Positions 1 through 13,817 of a DNA stretch of 64,000 bases are shown here, one piece after another (position 1 is the first letter of the stretch; every line of letters starts with the position of its first letter). The position numbers and the translations under genes are program-made. The stretch is from contig CM120649.1 of the NCBI GenBank assembly GCA_051362555.1, positions 15,824,567 to 15,888,566 on the forward strand, read 5' to 3'. The notes beneath the pieces were generated by a model that saw only the letters and a program-made list of their open reading frames with translations, had not been told where the DNA came from and ran no database searches. The DNA is from Lingula anatina (Eukaryota; Animalia; Brachiopoda).

Positions 1-1787
1 TTTTAAAAACTTATTTTATTACAGACATAAATGTAATTACAATACATACAGTGCATATCAAATACAAATATTTACAATGTAAAAGTTACACATATACTGT
101 GTATAAATCCAAGTAGCTAAATCACAAAACAGTGACAACTAAAACACAACTAAAACTTTCTCATGGTGAATAATTTAAAAATTCTTAAAAACCTGAAACA
201 TGGCAGACATATAATACACAGCTGTTTGAGCTGTAAGTAAGAAAAAATTCATCCACACTTTTTTCATAATTGGCCTTCATAATTTTGTACTGCAATTTAT
301 CCCCATATGTAAACTTCACATGCATGTGTGCCTTTTATGATGGGAAATTCGTCACAACTTCATATTATAACAATAAAAAGATGAAACTAATTAGAACAAC
401 TTTCCATACTGTAAAAAAGGTGGAAAAAGGTCCTTCTTGAATTAAAATCTGATCAAGGCCTTTTCTCTATCAATCTTTGCCCTTTCTCAAGTTGGATTAA
501 TTAAAATCCAAATGTCCAGAAATTTTGACTACAGGCCTATAATTCTTACTTGCATGACTGAGCAGGCCAGACCATGACCCCTGCTTTACAATACATAAAC
601 TCAACATATCACATTAAAAAGTGAATAGAGATATATAATTATAAGAAATACTTACAGCATTAAACACAAATTTGTTAACATCAAGAGATTCTATAGAACA
701 TGTTAAAACTTATATGTACTGATGAGCACTGTACATAAGCTCCCATTACACGAAAACACAACTTCAGCAAACACCCAGCTGCAATGCTTTTAGAGTGAAC
801 TGTTTTACAGTGAGCAAACTCATAACACCCCCCTCAGAGAAACTCTTTTGAAACCCTGGTCTAAATCAGATGTCTACATCAGTGGGTGACTAAGCTTCAT
901 AAAAACCACAAAATGTGTTTTTATAACACAAGAAACAACTTTCTCCTACGTAGATTACTGCCAGTTTGGTTTGCATGCATCTCAGACCCCTCTGTCACCT
1001 TTATTTTAGTAACTAATATTGATATCATGATTGTAGACTCTGGCTCCACTTTCAGGAACAATTCAAAGACGGATCCAGAATTATATTTTCTGACAGTCTT
1101 CCAAATTATCTTTGTTGATCCAGCCTCCAATTTTGACTGTCTTCTGACAGCAAAAAATTAGATGTCCGTCAATGAAAACTTGAAAATCTGACCTAAATCT
1201 GCCCCTGCAAGTATCATATCATTGTAGACTCATGCAGGTTTCACTTTTATCTCAGATCCAATCTATCACTTCGGACACAAGAGGTACCACTGTCAATATA
1301 GTCTGACAGTCCATCCAATTTTAGGTCCAAAGAGACTCTACATCAATAATTTAAGATATCCCTCGGTAAAACCCGATATCCTGGACTGAGGGTGTTGACG
1401 TTCCTCAACTTGGTTGTATTTTGAGCTCTCTGACATCTTTAATTTGACAATAAGTCAAGCCTGTAATCAAAAAGTACAGATCTATAAATAGAATATAATA
1501 GTTGCAGGCCATTATTCAAAAGGTTTCAAATGGCAGTTAAATGATCCTTTTTTTAATCATTACTAATTTTAGATTGTTAGATCTGTAAATAGGGGTTTAT
1601 ACAATACAAAGCTCATGGTTATTTCTAAATCTGTTAAGTGTAAGAATTTTCAAAGGAAACCACGATAATATTGAGAAACTTAATTAACCACTGGACCAGA
1701 TAATGAGAGAAATTGCTTGTAGTGACACTGTCATCATAAGAAATATACAAACTCACATAGGGAGAAACAAAAAGTGGTGCCCTTCTT

Positions 1788-1866
1788 CTAATCCTCCTCA
1801 GTTACCTCTGACACCTGTCGTTTGGGGACAGTTTGAAACACCAGGTGTTCCTGGATGAGGTGAAAC
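1788..1866 (-). CDS. Gene A last coding exon
   Basis: Acceptor ttcag|G; FHLIQEHLVFQTVPKRQVSEVTEED* (an alternative donor at 1806 is possible). Confidence 0.7.
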
Positions 1867-2092
1867 CTGAAATATAAACAGTTATTTTAATTTAAAAATC
1901 AATGAAAATCTAAAGTGAACACTTCAATATCACTATACAAACCAAGAAGTCAGGACAAAGTGGATTTTACTACCGTACATCAAACATGGCAGATACTTTA
2001 AAGTAAAATGAATGACATAAACTAACATATTAATCTAATTTTACCCAATAGGTGAGCAAAGAGTATTTGTGAAAACATCAAACAATCAACTA

Positions 2093-2182
<90 letters not shown>

Positions 2183-5100
2183 GTCATTTTTTACGAATGG
2201 TGTTCTTCCACTCAATTTCAATTTTCAATTACTTAAACATAAACTTAAGCAAGCTGGTAAAAAAAAATATATATATATATACAAACAAACAAACAAACAA
2301 ACAAACAAACAAACAAATAAATAAAAACTTACTTTTGTAAATACAGCCACACAACAGAAGAGATGAGATCTATCAGCACCAGTGCAGCCACAAATACAAT
2401 GAGGAGGTGACACGTGTTGACCACTATAGTATGCAGAGCATTCAGGAATGGCCTCAAACTGGACGCCAACTGGGCCTCGGTCACTCTGGAAACTGGCCTG
2501 AGGAACAAAAACAACAAGACGATGATATATTATTCACTGTGAATGACAACTGGTGTCAACATCATGTTTGGTCTGATAAAGATTTAGTTAATGCCTGTTA
2601 AAAAAAGGGGGTAAGCAGCACTTCAAATGCTTTATGAAATGCATCTTTGTTACCAATATGGTGAAAGATCTATTATCAACTGAATATTTGTGACAAAAGG
2701 CCCAAATCTTATGTCTTACTTTTTTTGAAGTAATAATGACTGACAATATGTAGTTACTAGTGCTAGTTCAAAATCATTCTTAACAATAACAGCCTACCTC
2801 TTCCCCATTTCCACATTCACCAGTCCAATGTCACAAGGTATAAATGCAGCACCTGTCTGATAACTAGCTGTCTGACAACTCCCAAGGTCCATTGACCCTT
2901 GACCTGCGACCCCTGACCTTTGACCTCCAATACAATAATCTTTGAGATGGTCTGCCCCCTGTTGGCAGGCCATGCCCTCCATAAGTTGCAGAATTATCTG
3001 ATACTGTTCAATATGTGCCGAGGTGATCTTTTCGTATGATGGGAGCTCTACTGTATTGAGACGATGGGCTTGGGCGCGAAGTTGTGTCATGGCGGTGGCT
3101 CTTACTGATGAGATTGGTAACGTCTGAAAAAGCAAAGAAAAAAACTGCAATTACCACTTCTTTTCAGTTGGCAATGTCTGAATAAAAAATCATAGTAGAA
3201 ATTTGATAACAGATTATTTTTGTGAAGTATAACGGATAATGGTATTGGTTCTGCTTATAAATGAAGCTTATTTTTTACTCTAGATTGGAACAGAGGAAAA
3301 ATCAAATCCAAGACTGAATTAATATTGGTGTGTAGATTCTCAAACAAAATATTGCTGATATAAATGTCTCAAGTGGCAAGTGCTCATATTACATTTCAAA
3401 TCACCTACATGGAGTACAAACCACACATTCAAACTAACAGTGAACAGCTACATGGAGTACTTACCAGAGCCTTGAAGTATCCCAGCGAAGACAAGGTACT
3501 GGCAGTTATCAGTACTTGAGAGGAGGCCAGCAGGAAATAGATCAGGGCACACACCAAACCCACGCCCACTAGCTTGGGGACAAACTCTGTCTTCATCAGC
3601 TGAAATGATGGGATTTTACCATCTCATCAATCAATCCATTTTTAACTCTTAATTTTTGTCAACATACGTGGAAGAGATCAGATGTGACTCATACTCATTG
3701 TCAGTGCTCATATTTCAAGACAGGTACATCATAACACAACGTGGGAACCCAAACTACAGTGAATATATAAATACGTTCATAATGATACACATAACAAATA
3801 TGAGTCAATGGGGTTAATGTGAAATGTGTGAATACAAATCATGAGTGGATCATGTAGTATACACTAGTTGCTGTTGGTGGTCTGTTGAACTTAATTATAC
3901 ATTTATTTATGGTGTGTGTCAGAGAGACAGGGCCTACATATGCAGTCACTTCTGGGCCTTCTCTATTGTTTTTGAAATTTACCATGTTGAAAAGTTAAGT
4001 CCTATTTACCCTTATGTTATACTCCATGGCTGCCCCACAGCAACTGGGCTTAGTGACCTCATCCTCGTGTTCTGTACAGTCTATATAATGTGGTGTGCCA
4101 TACATCAGTCTGTGTGCCGTCACGTATGTTCGTGCCACACGATGAATCAGCCAAACACAGTCGATTATCAGTACCAGGACTAGGAATGTTGTCCAATTAA
4201 TGATTTCTCCTTGGCTCTCTAGTTTCCATCTTTGTTCTTGTGTTGTGGAATTTTTCTTTGAGTTTGTGGTCACATTTGGACTGTGAACGAACCAGATGTT
4301 TTTTGGGACTGTCACCTCTTGGATGTTTGCAATGGAGGATTGTACTGTGGCGGCATCTATAATTGGAGCTCTGAAGTCCTGAAGGTTTGGCAGTGGCATT
4401 TCTGGCAAGGTAAGGTCTGAGAAAGAGACAATGATAATAAATTTATACTGTTTTTACGGAGGCTGGAATACACAGCACTGACCCACAATATATTTTTAAA
4501 ATAAGACCAAATTTATTACGCTTCTTTAAAGGCCAAGTACAGAAATACTCATGGTATGCTTGGAAAAATATATATGTATTCAACCTTTACCAGAATAATC
4601 TAAACAGACGAGACAAAAATGTCCACCTACTTGCTTCCAGTGTTTGTAATCTCTCTTTAAATCCCAACCAATCAGAAAAGGTTCTGGTAGTCACTCCATT
4701 TCGTGTCCTCTTATCTTTAACAGCGTCGTAAATTTTTGAAGCACCTGTCAGCCATTCAATGGACAGTAAATTCTCTTCTGTTTTCTTCATATCAAACAAA
4801 AGCCTGGAGACAGTGTTGCTCACATAGCTGTTATATGCAGCCCTAAAATAAAGAAAAAACTTTATAATAAATATAATGGTAAAATCATTTATGTGATGTT
4901 TCTCTATAAAAAGTTATAAATAAATCATGCAAAAATGGATGATGCTACCCTCCACCACTGTTTTTTAACATTTATGAAAAATATATGACTTTAATGTTTT
5001 TTCTACCTTTCATATTAAAATATAAAATATATCAACCAAAAAGAGAAAATTCCCTTTCTTTAGTGATACATCATACAAAATGTAAACAAGAACAGGGAGA

Positions 5101-5573
5101 AAATCTAGAAGTCCTCCTCACCATTGTGATATATTTAAAGATAATTCAAACTGTACGAGAAAAAAAAAAAACACACAATACAATGAGGATATTTTGTCTT
5201 CCTACCTAGATCTGGTTACAGTGGCAGTGAACTCCTCCATGGCTTTATGGGCATACTGATACATAGCTTGGCTTACTCTTTGACTTGTTAACTGATGCAG
5301 CTGCTGGGCATTCAGCTGCTCTTGTGCCTAGGTTAAAAAAATGAGAATCAATCACACTTATTAAAATTATAATTAACCCCAGTTTAATAAACACAGGGAT
5401 GGAGCTAGAGAATGCTAAAAAAGGGAGCTTACCCCTTACCTTTCCAAGATTTCCCCTATTTTTATCCTATATTTAACTCAGCAAATTTAAAAACTCTCTT
5501 TTAGAAACAGCAAGGAGAAAATCTGCTTAAAGTCCATTCTGGAATACTGGAAATGGGGATGAAAACAAAGCAA

Positions 5574-5653
<80 letters not shown>

Positions 5654-6241
5654 TTGAATTAATTAACAAATAAAATATTATAAATAAATAAATAAAAAGT
5701 CCACCCCCTCCAACCTTGATCATCTTGTCCTGCATGGCCTGTATGTGTGCCTGACACTTGGTCCTGGTCTGGTTGAAACTGACCATTTGTTTGTCCAGCT
5801 CCTTAATTAAGTACTGGTTGACCTCCTGGGCCTCCAGCTGCTGTAGGGACTGGACAGTGACCAGGAAACTGGGGTACTGCCTCAGAGTATGCAATGGACC
5901 ACTGGAAGTGAACAATCAAGACAATATATTACTAAAGATGCCATGTTCTACTTTTTGTTGAAATTTAGTTATAATAGTTATAATCAGGGATGAAACTGCC
6001 ATTTAGTGAAAAAATCTTTAATTTTGGCAGGACATCTGCTAAAAACAGAAAAATCTCATTATTGAATAATGATGATGATAATGTTGGAGAAGAAATTTCT
6101 GCCATTTTTTGTAATGAGATTGAGTAGTTCCAGCTGGTTAGGACTGCATGTTTGTGTATAATTGTGTGGGCAACCATTTTTGCAATCTTGTTGTTAAGGT
6201 TTTTTTTTTACTGAACTCAGTGATACAAAGTTCCAGAGAAA

Positions 6242-6296
<55 letters not shown>

Positions 6297-9200
6297 TTTT
6301 CTCACCTGTTAAGATAAATCCACACAAACAAAAAGACGGTACAGGTGACAGCCAGAGAGTAGGCTGTCCTGAACACCACATACATTACTGTCATCATCAA
6401 GTGACTGGTGTGGAAACGGCTGTCCACATCTATCCCTTTACCATCTGCCAGAGATAAATATCAACTTCTCAATTGCATTCTTGTGATTTTCATAACACGT
6501 GACTTAAATTCTACACAAACCTCTCAATCCTTTAACATGCCATATGCCATAGCATTTGTAACTGACTATGGTTTATAAAGACATAAAATATACTTTTCTG
6601 TTATACCAAATACATAAACTGGATCATGATGATTAGAATACCACCTATTATTTTATTTTCTAAATAAATATCAGAATAATCAACCAGATTACTGCCATAC
6701 CTGACAGACAAGAGCCTACGACAAGCAGCAGCAGCAAGAAACCAATCACTGCACCAAGGCCGATCACAAGTGATTTGGACAACTCTGCAGTGGCGCCATC
6801 TTTAGCATTTTCAGCTTCGATCATTGGTTTGGTCTTTAATGCTGCAATTAAGAAAAGAAAATGCAAAATATACATTGCTTCATTCTAACACATATTTTCC
6901 CCTTTAAGACAGCTCAGTTTTACTTATCAATTATAACATTCTTCAATTGACATCAAATTCTTATCAATATTACAGGAACCCATTGATCTATTTTGAAAAT
7001 TTCACCAAAAAATGTCCAGCTATTATTGAGTCAAGCTATAAAATAGACCACAAAGACAGAAACATAACCCCCCTTGGTAGAAGCAATAATTTCTAACAAT
7101 AAAATCCTACCTTGTATCTGAGCCTGCACTGGATGTACACCTGCCCAGTGAAGACGGAAGGCAACCTTGTTGTTGATGCCACTGATCTCAACTGTCACGC
7201 TCTTACTCATGAGAGCAGACGACCCTGTCGCCACAGGGAGGAGAACCTTGAAGGCCTCGTGATCCGTCTGACCAATGTCCATGTTGAAGAGAGGAGCATC
7301 AGGGTAGTCATCTTCGTGTACTTTGATGGTGAAGAAACCTGTAAGGTGTTTAAATGAATTAATAGAAGACGTTTCTTGAAATGATAAATTCTGTCATTTT
7401 TTTGCGTCTGTTGAAAATTAAATTCATATCAATCTTTTTTTGCACAGTCTACTGTATAAAATACGAAATTCTTCAATTATTTCAATACAATGCTACATTT
7501 AAACAATTTGCCAAGCATATTATAACAGGCTTGGTGGTGTTTTTACTAGTAGTCATTTTCCACTAACCAGGAGCACGCTTCATTCTTCCTTCTGCATGAA
7601 TAAGCCAGTGAGTCGCATTTCTATCAAGCCTCGCTCTCAAACTTGTATCGTCCATAATCTCAACCCTTGGGAAAAACAGGGCCATCACACTGGTGTTTTG
7701 AGGCAGCTCAAAGAAAATATATGGCTGAGCGGTGGTGTTGTGGAGTCGATAGCGATAACGTTGTCCTTCGATGAAGCTGGCGCTGATGTCACTGAGAGGT
7801 CTGTATGTGATTGGCTCTCCTGGGATGAAGTCATCCAATGCGGTCATGTCACAGGATTTCTGACCTGAAAGAGATAAAATTACGTTTTGAGTGAGGATTA
7901 TATGCTTGGTTGAAAAGCAAAAGTGCTGGCAAGTGATGGTAATAACAAAGATGTGAATCCTGCTTAAAAAATCAGAATGTTCAGATGAGAGCCAGAGATC
8001 ATCTGAACATAGCTACCGATTGCTTGTTCTATGATATGCACTCAAATGTCACAGCACTTGCATTTTAACATATAAAGTACTCACTCCATGTTTTGGTGCT
8101 GATACCCCAGGGGAATTTTGGCCGCACCCTTAACCTCTGGGTACTGGTCAACGGTCCATGTAGAGGTCGGCCCTCTGGCTGGTACTTGCTGACCGTAAAC
8201 AATCCTTGTCGGCTGTTGCCATGGAGAACTTGGGGCTGGACAGCAAACCCAGTACTGTAGTGGACATTAAGCAGGGGGTGGCTGGAATAAAATACAAGAG
8301 GTCAACTTATGATGTGAGATTGGACTAAAACTATAATACCTATCCTGCTGTTTTTTAGAGATTCCACACACAGACAGCTGACATCACTAATTAAATGATT
8401 ATTTGAAAATACATTTGACAACAAAGTAGCCATTAATTTTATGTTATTCATACACATTTGCACCACTGGATGACAGGATTAATTGTACATTTTCCATCCA
8501 AAAATTCTTTGACCCCGCCCAACCCCCCTCAACTATAGGACTGAGTACAATCATATATACTTACACATCTACCATATTCCACAAATCCCCCTCAGTATTA
8601 ATTCTCTTCTTGGCTCTAAACACTCTGTCCAGTAAGACCTTTCCTCCTTGCACCACGGAGTACTGGATATCGTACAGGTAATCTGGGGCCGGCTCAATGT
8701 GACACAGAAAGTCCTCTGCTCGGCTGGAGAAAGTTGGCGACAAGACAAGCTCTGCCACATTGCCTTTCAGACATCTAAAACATAGTAAGTATTTTAATCA
8801 TCATTCTCAAATAATTCTCATTGATTTAATCTAAGATTTCAGAATAATTTCATAGTTGGGTAACCTTCATAATTGTATAAATTTAAGGAAAACAGTTTCA
8901 AGTGAGTATATGTGTTTGTGCAAGTATATGCATGCATAAGTGTGTGTGTGTGTGCGTGCGTGTGTGTGTGTGTACAAGATTGAAAGTTTAATTGCACATC
9001 ACCACATACTTGACAGGCTGGCAATCGCTATCAGAATGGCTGCTACAAGTCTGCGCACAATTTTCTTTCAGGCAGCAGTTCTGGCAATGGCGGAGGCGCG
9101 GGGACCAGCCATCATCTGGATCCTCCCCAGTGATTCGGCATTTTTCTGGTGCTTTTGTCTTCAGGTCTTCTGCACATTTATTGATGCAGGATTGGCAGGA

Positions 9201-12200
9201 TGCCCTCTGAGTGGCACACCTAATTTGAATTTTATTTCAAATTAAAAAAATTTATAATCAAACATCTTGAACAAATGTGCAGACTAAACTAGAACCATGT
9301 TCTCTATATAGTCTCAAATTTTTTAAGTTTATGCTTACAACACTGACAGAATGTGATAAACAATTCCCCTCTTGACTTACACAATGGTCACAGTTTATGT
9401 TTAGAATTACAAAACTGACCAAATGTGATCAATGCTCACCCCCATCTTGCCCAGCCTAGCAGAGTTTATAATTTACCTTTCCGTGGGGTCTGCAAAAACT
9501 GTCTCTGCCTCTGTTAGTTTCTCGCTCATACCATACAAATCTGTCAGCTGGCTAGTTTCTGTACAGAGGAGCACGCCCACCGAGGTGGGATGAAGGCGAG
9601 GTGGAGAGCCAAACTTCTTATATGTGAGACAGGGCTGTCTTGGGTCCATGTGATAGCCTCCTTTGCAGACCATACCACCAGATGGAGCCAGGGTGCAGTT
9701 TCTGTAGGTCGCCTTGACAACAGCTCCCTGTCACAGAGAAAAATATTGAAAGAATTTTGGAATGTTATCATCATTATAAACAGACAAAGTGGATTTTGGA
9801 AATGTTTATTAGAAAAATATTACAATATTATTATTTTAGCCAACTTGTTAAAGAATGATCAATCTCAATTTGGAACTAGAGGATCAGAGAGGCGATACCG
9901 CCTCCAAATATTGTACCACCAGCTGGAGCAAACGCATTCATATAGACCCCCACATACACAAAATAAGGGACACAGCCACCAGTTTTGTGCTTGACAAGCT
10001 GTAAAAATGAAATCAACAAGAATTTTTTAACTATTGCAAAAAATATATATATGGTACAATCAAATTTAAGTTCTTCGTAAGGTAGGTCAAGGGTCAATTT
10101 CAAGGTCACAGTAAATTGCCAGTATATGACTTCCTATTCAAGTTCAAGAGAAACTATGGACCTATCTCTGTCAAGTTTGAAATTAAAAGAGAAAGAAATT
10201 AGCAGAGTTCAGTTCATGATGAAAAGTAGGTCAAAGGTCAATTTCAAGGTCACACTTAGATTGCCAGTATAGGACTTCCTATTCAACTTCAATAGTAACT
10301 ATGGACCTATCTCAGCCAGTTTTGGAGATAAAAGGAAAGCAAAATTTGCAAAATTCAGTTCATGGTGTAAAGTAGGTCAAAGGTCAATTTTAAGGTCACA
10401 TTTAGATTGCCAGTATATGACTTCCTATTCAAGTTCAATAGTAACTATGGACCTATCTCAGCCAGTTTTGGAGATAAAAGGGAAGCAAAATTGGCAAAAT
10501 TCAGTTCATGGTGTAAAGTAGGTCAAAGGTCAATTTTAAGGTCACATTTAGATTGCCAGTAAAGGACTTCCTTTTCAAGTTCAATAGTAACTACGGACCT
10601 ATCTCTGCCAGTTTTGGAGATAAAAGGGCAGAAAAGTTTGCAAAGTTCAGTTCATGGTGAAAAGTAGGTCAAAGGTCAATTTCAAGGTCACATTTAGATT
10701 GCCAGTATATGACTTCCTATTCAAGTTCAATAGTAACTATGGACCTATCTCTGCCAATTTTGGAGATAAAAGGGAAGCAAAATTAGCAAAGTTCAGTTCA
10801 TGGTGAAAAGTAGGTCAAAGGTCAATTTTAAGGTCACATTTAGATTGCCAGTATATGACTTCCTATTCAAGTTCAATAGTAACTATGGACCTATCTCTGC
10901 CAGTTTTGGAGATAAAAGGGAAGCAAATTTTGCAAAGTTCAGTTCATGGTGAAAAGTAGGTCAAAGGTCAATTTCAAGGTCACACTTAGATTGCCATTAT
11001 AGGACTTCCTATTCAACTTCAATAGTAACTATGGACCTATCTCAGCCAGTTTTGGAGATAAAAGGAAAGCAAAATTTGCAAAATTCAGTTCATGGTGTAA
11101 AGTAGGTCAAAGGTCAATTTTAAGGTCACATTTAGATTGCCAGTATATGACTTCCTATTCAAGTTCAATAGTAACTATGGACCTATCTCAGCCAGTTTTG
11201 GAGATAAAAGGGAAGCAAAATTAGCAAAGTTCAGTTCATGGTGAAAAGTAGGTCAAAGGTCAATTTTAAGGTCACATTTAGATTGCCAGTATATGACTTC
11301 CTATTCAACTTCAATAGTAACTACGGACCTATCTCTGCCAGTTTTGGAGATAAAAGGGAAGCAAATTTTGCAAAGTTCAGTTTATGGTGAAAAGTAGGTC
11401 AAAGGTCAATTTTAAGGTCACATTTAGATTGCCAGTATATGACTTCCTATTCAAGTTCAATAGTAACTATGGACCTATCTCTGCCAATTTTGGAGATAAA
11501 AGGGAAGCAAAATTAGCAAAGTTCAGTTCATGGTGAAAAGTAGGTCAAAGGTCAATTTTAAGGTCACATTTAGATTGCCAGTATATGACTTCCTATTCAA
11601 GTTCAATAGTAACTATGGACCTATCTCTGCCAGTTTTGGAGATAAAAGGGAAGCAAATTTTGCAAAGTTCAGTTTATGGTGAAAAGTAGGTCAAAGGTCA
11701 ATTTTAAGGTCACATTTAGATTGCCAGTATATGACTTCCTATTCAAGTTCAATAGTAACTACGGACCTATCTCAGCCAGTTTTGGAGATAAAAGGAAAGC
11801 AAAATTTGCAAAATTCAGTTCATGGTGAAAAGTAGGTCAAAGGTCAATTTTAATGTCACATATAGATTGCCAGTATATGACTTCCTATTCAAGTTCAATA
11901 GTAACTATGGACCTATCTCTGCCAGTTTTGGAGATAAAAGGAAAGCAAAATTTGCAAAGTTCAGTTCATGGTGAAAAGTGGGTCAAAGGTCAATTTTAAG
12001 GTCACATTTAGATTGCCAGTATATGACTTCCTATTCAAGTTCAATAGTAACTATGGACCTATCTCTGCCAGTTTTGGAGATAAAAGGGAAGAAAAATTTG
12101 CAAAGTTCAGTTCATGGTGAAAAGTAGGTCAAAGGTCAATTTCAAGGTCATAGTAAGATTGCCAGTATATGACTTCCTATTCAACTTCAATAGTAACTAT

Positions 12201-13782
12201 GGACCTATCTCTGCCAGTTTTGGAGATATAAGGGACTAGATGTTGTAATTTTGGAGTTACCATAATGTGCCTTAAATTTCGTACAGAAAAAATTAATTAA
12301 AATAAAGAAAATGTCATATTGGTCAAAATTCTTGAAATAGGAGGTGCTCTGAAGTTTCAGAAGTTCAAATTTGATGAAATAATGTCATTTTTGAACACAA
12401 GTTGTCTGCTTTGCCAAGCCTTATGTTTTATTTTTCCAGAGTTCAAAATTTATTATCCATTACCGTACTGCAAATTTTGCTTTTACCACCAATATGTACT
12501 TTTTGATACAGCGTAACTCGAAAACCATATGGAATACAAAAAAACCGAGACCACCTCCAGTGTTGGGCTTTACATGCTCTACAAAATGCAAAAAAGAATG
12601 GGTCTCTAGCCTTAACGGTTCCCGAATTAGAGACAGTTTTCAGTTTCGGTATCTTATGGCCGCTACTCCCGTGAAAATGCACCGATTGACCCCAAATTCA
12701 TGGAGATGAAGGATGACCTGAAGGGTAACACTTTCCAATAATATTATTGGTTAAGTCTGTGTGGTGTCTGAATAACAGGGCAAAAAAATTTTTTTTCGTA
12801 AAAAATTTCATTTTTTTGAAAATTTTGGCCCATTTGACCTTGAAGTAGAGGTCAAAGGTCAAATCCAAGGGTATATTTGAAATCTACACATATGACTTTT
12901 GGAAAGCCGTCTATAGAAATTTATCCCATAACTCCTTCCGTAGGGTAGATAATTAGCATTTAATTTTGCCATTTTTAGACAAGGGTGCATTGCAATGAGT
13001 GCCACACCCAGACCCCAATACCGACAAAGCCCAAATTTTACGTGGAACGAGCTGAGATTATAGGTGACCTAAATCCATGAGATGGGTACGGGGGCCCTTA
13101 CCGTCTAGGAGGAGAAGCGGTAACGGTAGCCGTCCGGCGGAGCCAACGGAGCCGGCGGAGCCGGCGGAGCCGGCGGAACGATCCGGACGGGACCGAAACC
13201 ATGTGTACCGCCAGCGCTAACGCTGGTGGTACAATTAATCAATTCAGAAATAATCAATTTTGGAATACATTAATCTACATAACATATACAGTACCTTATG
13301 CATGACAAACTGGAGATCGTATTCCTGGGGCATTGGATGAGGACAGTACTGGGTTAGAATGCTGCTATCACCGTAAAAAGCATCATTCTCGTTATTCCTG
13401 TCATGGCGGACAGCGCGGAACTGAGGCAGCAAGTTGACCTCATTTACAGAGATCTGAATAGACAGGTCTGTACCTGAGGATTAAGAAAAATAATTAGGAT
13501 ATTTTTTTCTTTTGTGTACGCTAAAATGAAAATGTGTAAGTAAAATGGAAATATAGACCATTTCTGAATACAGAAAGCCAAATTTATTACTAGATCCAAC
13601 GTGTCTGCTCAATGTAAAAAGGGCCTAAGACAAACACATACCTCTACTCAAAGCGTAGGTTTTGGCTCCAGAGAATTGTCCCTCTTCCAGGTACCACAGT
13701 CTGGAACGCACACCAAAATTCCTGTTCTTGTCCTCATAGACTGTGTCTGGAGACAGCTGGGGGATCAGGGCATCTTTGGCTG

Positions 13783-13817
<35 letters not shown>

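Noticed and set aside
5487-5714. Poly-Leu 'transmembrane' tail of ORF 5487..5915
   Set aside because: Translation of an intronic (AAT)n microsatellite beyond the donor at 5715.
10060-12235. CRISPR-like or coding repeat array
   Set aside because: Units are contiguous near-identical 146-mers with no unique spacers, there are no cas genes, the context is a eukaryotic intron, and the period is not a multiple of 3.
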